Source of the DNA: Candidatus Woesebacteria bacterium
Lineage (GTDB): Bacteria > Patescibacteriota > Microgenomatia > UBA1400 > MFAQ01
Length of the DNA stretch: 53,197 bases
Reading direction: 5' to 3'
Assembly (NCBI GenBank): GCA_035389185.1
Contig: DAOORK010000001.1
Span: 576,218 to 629,414 of the forward strand
Below are positions 44,505-51,762 of this stretch, piece after piece (position 1 is the stretch's first letter; the number at the start of each line of letters is the position of its first letter). The position numbers were made by a program, and so were the translations under genes. Under the pieces are notes generated by a model, which searched no databases, had not been told where the DNA came from, and saw nothing but the letters and a program-made list of their open reading frames with translations.

Positions 44505-44858
44505 TTATATGTTGATGTCATCTAGATTTACCTCCTCAGTTGATACAGGTTCTTTGGTTCCGTAATTAGGGTCTTTGCTTCTGGCAAGGTGATAAGCGTC
44601 GTAGATCTTCTCCACAACCTGATCAAACAGCTTACTATCGTCAATAAAGACGATCTCATTCCATTTACCAATAAACTTATAACTAGGAGCTTGAATCCAA
44701 ATATAATCTTGAAATTGGGGGTGAAGCCGATCCGACTTTAAGATTTTCCAACCATGTTCTTTCCAGACATCGAATAGAATAACGGTTGCCTGAGCCAGGA
44801 TAGTATCGGATTTTAGTAATTTGACTTTGACAGTAATATCGTTAATCGTGATTGTCAT
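44505..44858 (-). CDS. Hypothetical protein, tentatively SpoVG-like fold
   Basis: By eye, the pattern ITVKVKLL....ILAQATVILFDVW...GWKILKS.....YIWIQAPSYKFIGKWNEIVFIDD parallels SpoVG (VRLRRV...MKAIASITLD..FVVHDIRVI.....FVAMPSKR..GEFRDI). Confidence 0.45.
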   Translation of the reverse strand: MTITINDITVKVKLLKSDTILAQATVILFDVWKEHGWKILKSDRLHPQFQDYIWIQAPSYKFIGKWNEIVFIDDSKLFDQVVEKIYDAYHLARSKDPNYGTKEPVSTEEVNLDDINI

Positions 44859-44883
44859 AATTATTTTTATTTAAGATTTTTCG

Positions 44884-45042
44884 CTAACTGGTATTCATCT
44901 TTTTTCCTTCAATCTTGAGTAATGTCTCGGTGAACCCTAATAAAGTCATCGCAACTTCCATCACTTCCTGGAGAGTTAGCTTGAGACGGTAGTCTTCTTC
45001 CAAGATTTGCTTTAGTTCTAGTAATAGGTTTCTGCTTATCAT
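44884..45042 (-). CDS. Small unlisted ORF (52 aa), apparently translationally coupled to the upstream gene
   Basis: My own translation: MISRNLLLELKQILEEDYRLKLTLQEVMEVAMTLLGFTETLLKIEGKKMNTS. Its ATG begins 2 nt after the TAA of 45045..45290. It falls below the 60-aa cutoff of the ORF track. Confidence 0.35.
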   Translation of the reverse strand: MISRNLLLELKQILEEDYRLKLTLQEVMEVAMTLLGFTETLLKIEGKKMNTS

Positions 45043-45044
45043 AG

Positions 45045-45290
45045 TTATCCGTTGGCGTAGAGCCGCGCCTTCACGACTCGTAATTGGTTGAAATAAACCT
45101 GTGGCGATATCTTGATTTCGTCGTGGTAATACTCGGCAACGAGATCCTGAAGTTTTTCTGTGTTTTGGAAAAGAAACAATGCTTTACGAGGATTTGATCG
45201 GTCAATATCTTCGATGGGATACCAAAGTGAAAGAGTGGTGGCTAGTGATAGATCGCTGGTTGAGTAGTAATCGTTATTAAGTGTATTCAT
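45045..45290 (-). CDS. Small DUF5659-like protein
   Basis: STSDLSLATTLSLWYPIEDIDRSNPRKALFLFQNTEKL...YFNQLRVVKARLY matches my recollection of the DUF5659 pattern common in CPR and phage genomes. Confidence 0.55.
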   Translation of the reverse strand: MNTLNNDYYSTSDLSLATTLSLWYPIEDIDRSNPRKALFLFQNTEKLQDLVAEYYHDEIKISPQVYFNQLRVVKARLYANG

Positions 45291-45548
45291 AGTTATTAGG
45301 CAACAAAAAAGGGGCTGTAACTTCTAAATACACGCAGATGCGTATACTCAGAAGCCACAGCCCCGATCGTTTCGTTAGGCTTTACTTCCTAATCTATTAT
45401 CATTCAAACAAACTAGAGAGTTACAGTCAAGATAACTTTTGTTTACATTTGTTCATATTATCTCCATATTTGTTTATTTCTGATTGTTATTCCCAATTTG
45501 TCTGGAGATTGGTAAAATATATCTAACGACCTAAACCCAGTAATGGGC

Positions 45549-45636
45549 ATGGTTAACAAGTCCTCGTGAGCAATAAGCTCTCCCTAGAGCGCTCACGAGG
45601 CTGTCTCCCGAAAGGGTGGCAGGTGGTGCAAACCAT
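45549..45636 (+). ncRNA. Candidate structured RNA element (closing helix with two internal hairpins); strand uncertain
   Basis: ATGGTT (45549-54) pairs with AACCAT (45631-36). This encloses hairpin 1 (CCTCGTGAGC...GCTCACGAGG, 10 bp, with an inner GCTCT-CCCT-AGAGC) and hairpin 2 (CTGTC-TCCC-GAAA-GGGT-GGCAG, with a GNRA loop). Confidence 0.3.
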
Positions 45637-45741
45637 CGCTGGGGGGAGCTTTTTGGTTTGATTTGACAATCTCCCTTCAATGAAGTTAATATGCAACACC
45701 TCTAGGGTAAGGTTATTAATTTAGCCTATGAGGAGATAAAA

Positions 45742-46614
45742 ATGATAATGAAACACAAAAACAAATCTCGAATAGTCCCTGCCATCCTTTTCCTCTCTGT
45801 GCTTATTGTTCTGGGAGTTGTGTTTGTTCCTCGTTTCCTGACTCAGTCAAAAATCGTTCAGTCGGTGCAGCAAAGCTCCAAGGACAAAGAAATAGCCGCA
45901 CTCTTGGCAACCATGAGTGAGAATCCCAATAAAGACTCTCAGGAGTATCAAGAGGCTCAACAGAAATTTTGTCTGCTAACTGCGCGTCCAGTCGCCGAGA
46001 GGGAGAAGACTGTCGCTAACATCCGTGAATATCTAGGTATGCCTGACATTCCTGTAGAATTTCTCTGTAGTCGGTTTAACAACAAGCCTGGTGATAGTGG
46101 TACCGACTATAACAGTCCCGCCTCTGAACACTACGAAGCTGCTCAGTTTGCCTTCACTATAGACCCAAAGACCAACTATATCGTTGAAGTTGGTGAAGCC
46201 GAGCGCAGGTGGGGAACAAAAGATGACGGCACACGCTGGTTTGAAAATATGCCTGAATACGATAATACTCCCCGCTACACCACTAAGGAGGAGATCCGTA
46301 AGGTCGCGGAAGACTTCATGACCAAGCACAAGGATATTTTTGGTGTTGATATCACCAAAATGACTTACGAGTTTGAAGGCACAAAACCAGGCAATTTCTT
46401 TGTAAAGTGGTATGACTACACCAAACCCTTCACCAAGGAGACTGAGGAATGCGGGGATGCTGACAAGACCCGTGAGGGTGCTTATCAGAATAATCAGGGT
46501 GTTTGGTGTCTCAAGACCAAATCGACTCGTTACCCAATGGTTAATCTCACCATCACCCAGGGTGGGCAAGTAGCTGTTTACGACAACGAAGGCTGGGATA
46601 TTGAGAAGCTATAA
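45742..46614 (+). CDS. Membrane-anchored or secreted hypothetical protein (290 aa)
   Basis: AGGAG lies upstream of the ATG. N-terminal TM or signal helix (IVPAILFLSVLIVLGVVFV). No motif recognised. Confidence 0.65.
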   Translation: MIMKHKNKSRIVPAILFLSVLIVLGVVFVPRFLTQSKIVQSVQQSSKDKEIAALLATMSENPNKDSQEYQEAQQKFCLLTARPVAEREKTVANIREYLGMPDIPVEFLCSRFNNKPGDSGTDYNSPASEHYEAAQFAFTIDPKTNYIVEVGEAERRWGTKDDGTRWFENMPEYDNTPRYTTKEEIRKVAEDFMTKHKDIFGVDITKMTYEFEGTKPGNFFVKWYDYTKPFTKETEECGDADKTREGAYQNNQGVWCLKTKSTRYPMVNLTITQGGQVAVYDNEGWDIEKL

Positions 46615-46734
46615 AACGAATTCCTCAACATAGCCCCCAACAAGGCTTCTGAAGCTAAATTAAGGTAATCTTATGCCACCTCAGGCACGAAAGCCTCACA
46701 CAAGCCGCTACGCGCGGTCACACTGTGGTTGAAG

Positions 46735-47784
46735 CTATTTACCTTCTGTAAAAGCTAGGATTTCTTTCTCAATAGGAGCAAACTTATCTTTTATTTCGTC
46801 CCCAGAGTAAAAAGCAAGGAGATCTGTCTCTGTAAGTTTTCCATCTCTTAGGAATTTAACTAAATATTTTTGATTGAATTCCATGAGAAGCAACGATTTT
46901 TCCAAATGTTTTAATATTTCCTGGTTATTTTGTATGTTGCCCTGCACAAGCCGTTTAATTTCAAAGAAGGTATCAATATCTCTAATGATTCGTTTCAATA
47001 TAATTGTTAAAGTTTTGTCGTCAAATTCGGGTTGAGTAGCATTTAGAACAATATCTCTGGCGAGGTTGTAAGCAATTATAAGATTGGAATAATCTCCTTT
47101 TTGGGAGTCTACTACCGCTACAAAACCTATGCCGTTAACAAAGCCTACAGATTCTGTGAATTTTAGGATGCTTCCATCAATTAGAGAGATGTCAAAAACT
47201 ATGATTCCAACTTTTCCTTCTCGGTTAGCTTTTGCTTCTAGAATTTGGCTCCAGGCAGTATCCTGCTTTTTGGTAAAAATATCTTTATCTTCAATACCAC
47301 CAAGTTTGAGAGATTTATCAAATTTTACCTCGATAGCGATCTTTTTATTTTCTTCTCCATCCACAAAGCACACTACATCACCAGTCTTGTTCTTGGGAAG
47401 TTTACCTTCCGTAGTTCCTGTTGTTTCTGCTCGATCTTTTAGTTTTTTCTCGGCAAAGTAGTTATTGAGAAATTCAGCAATATCATCTTCCGCAAACATT
47501 CCTTTAACTGCAGTTTTGAAGAAGACTTCTTTCTTCATCTCATAAATCATCTTAAGACTCTCTAGTTCTGTCCCAAGTTCATTCTGGGTTTTTGACAAGA
47601 ATGCTGATAGGCGGTCTTCCATTAGTGCAAGAACGCCAATGTAAATTGCTCTGAGTAGAGCATTGTCCCGTTCGCCAATAGAAAGCTTATCAAGGTAGTT
47701 GAAAACAATTTCGTTATCTAATTCAAAGTTACCAACCTTAACTCTTTTTAATTTTTGGTCTAGAGATATGATGTTATTTGCCAT
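46735..47784 (-). CDS. Hypothetical protein with a PD-(D/E)xK nuclease-like core; partner of the OLD-family protein
   Basis: GDVVCFVDGEENKKIAIEVKFDK gives D...E-x-K with typical spacing. It is preceded by a helical or coiled N-terminal region. The start overlaps the OLD gene stop by 11 nt. Confidence 0.65.
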   Translation of the reverse strand: MANNIISLDQKLKRVKVGNFELDNEIVFNYLDKLSIGERDNALLRAIYIGVLALMEDRLSAFLSKTQNELGTELESLKMIYEMKKEVFFKTAVKGMFAEDDIAEFLNNYFAEKKLKDRAETTGTTEGKLPKNKTGDVVCFVDGEENKKIAIEVKFDKSLKLGGIEDKDIFTKKQDTAWSQILEAKANREGKVGIIVFDISLIDGSILKFTESVGFVNGIGFVAVVDSQKGDYSNLIIAYNLARDIVLNATQPEFDDKTLTIILKRIIRDIDTFFEIKRLVQGNIQNNQEILKHLEKSLLLMEFNQKYLVKFLRDGKLTETDLLAFYSGDEIKDKFAPIEKEILAFTEGK

Positions 47785-49654
47785 TTTTCTTTATTGCCTC
47801 GAATAATTTTATTATATCCCCTGGTATATCTTTTTTATCTAAGATGTAAGTAGTCATGTATTTTGCACAGTCTGTTTTGGATGGTAAGAAGTCTTTTTTA
47901 CTGCTCGTTCCTGCAATCTTATCTCCTAATAATTTATGGAATTTCTGATCAGAATTCGCAGCTAATTGACCCCTTATGTCTTTCAAATCCTGTGCGGTTA
48001 ACTCAATTCCACACTTGTCCTTAACTAATTGTAACCAAAATTTGTCCTCGATGCTGTCCTCAATGTCAAATGCCCCAACAAGATAGACATTACTGCCAGA
48101 GGCGTTAGTATCTTTGTCCAAAACATAATATACACAGTCGTTTGGATCTTTGAAGTCCTTTAACATTTGCTCGAATAACTTTTTGTTCTCAGTTCTCCTA
48201 TGCCCACCACCAAGACATACAAATTGAACTGAGTCATCTTCAAAAGTCCGATCAAAATAGAGTTTATAAAAGTATGGAATTAGTATCTGATCCGAGTCTC
48301 CTTCACCAGCAATAAAGATGTCATAGAACAAGAAGTCACTGTTCCTAATACCCAAGCTTTCATGCACATCAGTAACCGATGAGCACATTGATACCGTCGT
48401 ATATTTGTCGTCAAGTTGAACTTTCCTAATTGTTTCAATTTGAGATTTGTCAACGAAAACCGTTGAGTGAGTGCTTATGAATGTCTGAAAGACTCCTCCT
48501 GATAACTGCTTTATGGTTTCGTAGAAATCCCGTTTTTCTGGAGGATACAAATGTGCTTCAGGTTCATCAAATCCCCACAAGAATTTCTTTGTTTTAACTT
48601 CTTCGGTCACTCCCTCAAGAGCTGCCAACCGCATAAAAGCAAAACCTATTTGTTTTTTAACTCCATCGCCTTGTGATTCTAGTCTCACACTTCCATCTGA
48701 TGTCCCTTTCTCGACAGAGATTTCAGATATGGTTTCGTCAGACCTGAAAAACACCCTCGCTTTTATTGCAGTTACCGTTGGCATCCCAGCGAGAATTTTT
48801 GATATCTTTTTTTCTAATTCAGTGTTAACCTTTTCAGTTGCTTCTTTACCTAACCTGTCAGCTTCACCCTTGAGTTTTGTGGAATATTCTTCAACTACTG
48901 TAGACATCGTGTCTCTTGCCATTTCCTCGACACTCTTAAGTGTTATTTCTCTCCAGTCAATATAACGGTAAATCGGGAAGAATTTCCTGTCTTTTTTCCC
49001 AAACTCATCATATGGAGACCATTGATCTGATGTTTTTAGTCTGTTATATATTGCCCTAAACTTCTCAACATTCTTAAACCTACCTGTTTTATTATCGTTG
49101 GTGATATCTTCTTTGGTTATTTTTAATTTTTTAATAAGATTATCAAGTGTTGTTTGATTCTGTTTCCAAAGCTCTTTTTTATCGGTAGTGTCTTCTTTCG
49201 AACAAAGCAAATATCTGCCATTTGGATACTGGTTATTAAATTGCCTGATGATGGCGATATTGTCGGCGGAGTAGCTTTCTATTGACCACTTAAGGTGGTT
49301 TGAAGCTATGTCGTCAAAGTCTCCCTCAAAATCACCATCTTGTTTGCTAAATATTGCAACCAAAATGATCGATTTATCTGTTCCTGGATCAAAAAAAGGA
49401 AGACCAAGTTCCTCAAATATTTTTTTGTATTTTTCCTCGACAATTGGTGTTGTAGAAATATCCGATGTTTCGTGACCCTCTTGGATCATATTGGGAAAGC
49501 TTTTTTCATCCAACAATAAACCCACTGCTTTCAAGATGGTAGATTTACCAGCGTCTGTCCGACCAATAAAAGTATTGGGAAGGTTCTCGTTAAATTCTAA
49601 AACCAAATCCCTACAACTTTTGTAGTTAATGATTGCTATTTGCTTTAAATACAT
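47774..49654 (-). CDS. OLD-family ATP-dependent endonuclease (ABC-type ATPase + TOPRIM)
   Basis: Walker A GRTDAGKST, signature-like ESQGDGVKKQ, Walker B FLWGFDEPEAHL, H-loop FISTHS. C-terminal TOPRIM motifs (IFIAGEGDSDQ, VLDKD). Confidence 0.85.
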   Translation of the reverse strand: MYLKQIAIINYKSCRDLVLEFNENLPNTFIGRTDAGKSTILKAVGLLLDEKSFPNMIQEGHETSDISTTPIVEEKYKKIFEELGLPFFDPGTDKSIILVAIFSKQDGDFEGDFDDIASNHLKWSIESYSADNIAIIRQFNNQYPNGRYLLCSKEDTTDKKELWKQNQTTLDNLIKKLKITKEDITNDNKTGRFKNVEKFRAIYNRLKTSDQWSPYDEFGKKDRKFFPIYRYIDWREITLKSVEEMARDTMSTVVEEYSTKLKGEADRLGKEATEKVNTELEKKISKILAGMPTVTAIKARVFFRSDETISEISVEKGTSDGSVRLESQGDGVKKQIGFAFMRLAALEGVTEEVKTKKFLWGFDEPEAHLYPPEKRDFYETIKQLSGGVFQTFISTHSTVFVDKSQIETIRKVQLDDKYTTVSMCSSVTDVHESLGIRNSDFLFYDIFIAGEGDSDQILIPYFYKLYFDRTFEDDSVQFVCLGGGHRRTENKKLFEQMLKDFKDPNDCVYYVLDKDTNASGSNVYLVGAFDIEDSIEDKFWLQLVKDKCGIELTAQDLKDIRGQLAANSDQKFHKLLGDKIAGTSSKKDFLPSKTDCAKYMTTYILDKKDIPGDIIKLFEAIKKNGK

Positions 49655-49660
49655 AGCTTT

Positions 49661-49873
49661 TTACGCAACTTTCGTGTCACCATAACGACCTTTGATGTTT
49701 TGGGAGAAGTAGCTTCCATGAGAGGAAGCTCCCATCAATCCTTGATAAAGGCTTTGCTGGACACCGTAGTATTGGTAGATACTTCCAGAGTGGAACTCAA
49801 TCTCAAGAGTTTGTGTCTGGGGGTCGTAGCCAATCGAAGCTATGTTTGATGAGCTTACTGGTTGTCTTGTCAT
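49661..49873 (-). CDS. KTSC-domain protein
   Basis: VSSSNIASIGYDPQTQTLEIEFHSGSIYQYYGVQQSLYQGLMGASSHGSYFSQNIKGRY matches the KTSC-domain pattern. AGGAGA RBS. The stop lies 6 nt before the OLD gene start. Confidence 0.8.
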   Translation of the reverse strand: MTRQPVSSSNIASIGYDPQTQTLEIEFHSGSIYQYYGVQQSLYQGLMGASSHGSYFSQNIKGRYGDTKVA

Positions 49874-49903
49874 TTTAATTCTCCTTTCTTCATAGTAATT
49901 TTT

Positions 49904-49930
49904 AATAAAACTGCCCTATTCTAAGGGCAG
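49904..49930 (-). terminator. Rho-independent terminator after the mod gene
   Basis: CTGCCCT-ATTCTA-AGGGCAG, with a T-rich run on the minus strand. Confidence 0.7.
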
Positions 49931-49962
49931 TAAAATTCTAGTTGAGGCTAGGCACTAATGCT

Positions 49963-51762
49963 TTACACCTCTTTTGTCACGAGAACCTCCTCTCCTAACA
50001 TGTCAATGATTTTGATTGCCACCTTGGTTGGTTTTTCTGTTATCTCAAGCTCGTATTCTCCTTTGACCAGATCGCTTTGTTTCTCTGGGACATCGGAGAA
50101 GCCAATCTTGAACACTTCACCGTCGTAATTTGTATCCACCAGGACGACATCAATCATTGATCTAAAATCTGGGATTTTCTTCTGCAGGAGTCCTGGTTCA
50201 AGTTCTAAGCGTTTAATGATGGTGGGGGAGATAAAGGATGTAATCTTGATCTTTGTCTTATCCTTGCCTGTTCTGGTAATTTCGACCTCTGCCTTAGAAG
50301 GTTCGTAGCTGACAAAGTTCTTGTCTTTAAGATCAAAGACCACAAACTGCCTCATGCGCTTACTGGTGCGCGCATCTTTGTGAGGTTGTTTTTTATTCCA
50401 CTCCTCAACCCAGGAATCAACCTTTGTCTCTCTGCCCAGGCAGATCACAACAATATCTCTGTCTTCGTCAGGTCGTTTATCAAGCTCATCTTTGATAAGT
50501 TGCAGGTCAAGGAGTGTTAGCGGGTGATTGAAGTCGATTATTTTTACCAGTTCGCCGCTATCTCTTAAGCCGTCAAAGAATGCTTCTGTTTTGGTTCTGG
50601 TAATGCCATATTGCTGAATTGCCAGCTCCTTTGCCTCTGTTTTTAGGATTCTTAAGTCGTAATTGTTGACCTTGTAGATTCCAAAGGCTTTACTAATTTG
50701 TCCATCAATAAGTTTCTTTTGCTGTTCCTTGACAATCTTCTGCAACCTATGACTTGCTTGTTGAACTGCACCTTTGTTAATGTCTACACCAACCCACCGT
50801 TTACCTTCTTGCTGGGAAACTGCGCAGGTTGTTCCTGATCCCATGAAGCAATCAAGCACAAGACCATTGCTCGGCGCAGATGCTTTGATAATTCTTTCGA
50901 GTAGGGCTTCTGGTTTTTGAGTAGCATAATTAGTTTTCTCAATAGCGTTCCCTTGAACAGGGTTAATGTCACTCCACACATCACCAGGGTTCTTTCCAGA
51001 TTTTTCAAGTTCTTCCGCCTCAACCCCATACCGTGCTTCACCCCTTTTGGCTCTTGCGATAGTTTCTGGATTATATGGGACTCTAACAGGATCAAGGTTA
51101 AATTGATATTTATCACTCTTAGAGTAAAAAAGTATATTTTGATGCTTTCTTCCCCATCTTTCATTTCCGCTAGCACCCATGAAGTAGTTCCAAACAATAT
51201 CGTTCTGGAAGTTATCTTCGCCAAATACCTCATCCATTAAAACTCTCATGTAATGCGTCATGTGGTAGTCGAGATGAACATAAATACTACCTGTCTCGGA
51301 GAGCAATTCCTTGAGCAGAATCAACCGCTCATACATGAATTGGAAATACTCATCCCTTTTCCAAATATCCTCATACATTGTCTGTTGGATAATCGATTCG
51401 CTATCCTCTGCGATTTTTCCTAGGGCTTTTAGTCCTCGTAATTCAATCTTCCGCATATAGTCTTTATTGCTTGCAAAGGGAGGATCAATATAAATCAGAT
51501 CAACTTTGCCCCTGAAGCCTAGTTCCAGGAGGGAGGCGAGGACTTCTTTGTTATCACCATGGAAGAGGAGGTTGTGCCAGTTCTTTTCTAGCTTGCTATA
51601 TTCTGGAACCTTGAGAGCTTCTTTGTCTCCAAAACTCTCGGTGAGTTGGGTGGGATAGCCTATGACGAATTCCAAGGGCTTCTTATTAACCCAGGTCAAC
51701 ATTGGTCTACCGTTTGGTGTGCCGATTTTTATTTTTTTGTTTGTATCGTTTGTCATAGTCAT
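49963..51762 (-). CDS. mod: Type III-like DNA methyltransferase (Mod; beta-class N6/N4 MTase)
   Basis: Motif IV DLIYIDPPFASN precedes motif I VLDCFMGSGTT. The start is set at the ATG that forms an ATGA overlap with the res stop; the ORF track start at 51783 is an alternative. Confidence 0.85.
   Translation of the reverse strand: MTMTNDTNKKIKIGTPNGRPMLTWVNKKPLEFVIGYPTQLTESFGDKEALKVPEYSKLEKNWHNLLFHGDNKEVLASLLELGFRGKVDLIYIDPPFASNKDYMRKIELRGLKALGKIAEDSESIIQQTMYEDIWKRDEYFQFMYERLILLKELLSETGSIYVHLDYHMTHYMRVLMDEVFGEDNFQNDIVWNYFMGASGNERWGRKHQNILFYSKSDKYQFNLDPVRVPYNPETIARAKRGEARYGVEAEELEKSGKNPGDVWSDINPVQGNAIEKTNYATQKPEALLERIIKASAPSNGLVLDCFMGSGTTCAVSQQEGKRWVGVDINKGAVQQASHRLQKIVKEQQKKLIDGQISKAFGIYKVNNYDLRILKTEAKELAIQQYGITRTKTEAFFDGLRDSGELVKIIDFNHPLTLLDLQLIKDELDKRPDEDRDIVVICLGRETKVDSWVEEWNKKQPHKDARTSKRMRQFVVFDLKDKNFVSYEPSKAEVEITRTGKDKTKIKITSFISPTIIKRLELEPGLLQKKIPDFRSMIDVVLVDTNYDGEVFKIGFSDVPEKQSDLVKGEYELEITEKPTKVAIKIIDMLGEEVLVTKEV

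Noticed and set aside
45338-45526. A plus-strand 62-aa ORF in the large intergenic region of the element.
   Set aside because: No RBS, a low-complexity Leu/Phe/Tyr/Ser-rich product, and a location in AT-rich promoter-like DNA upstream of the divergent genes.
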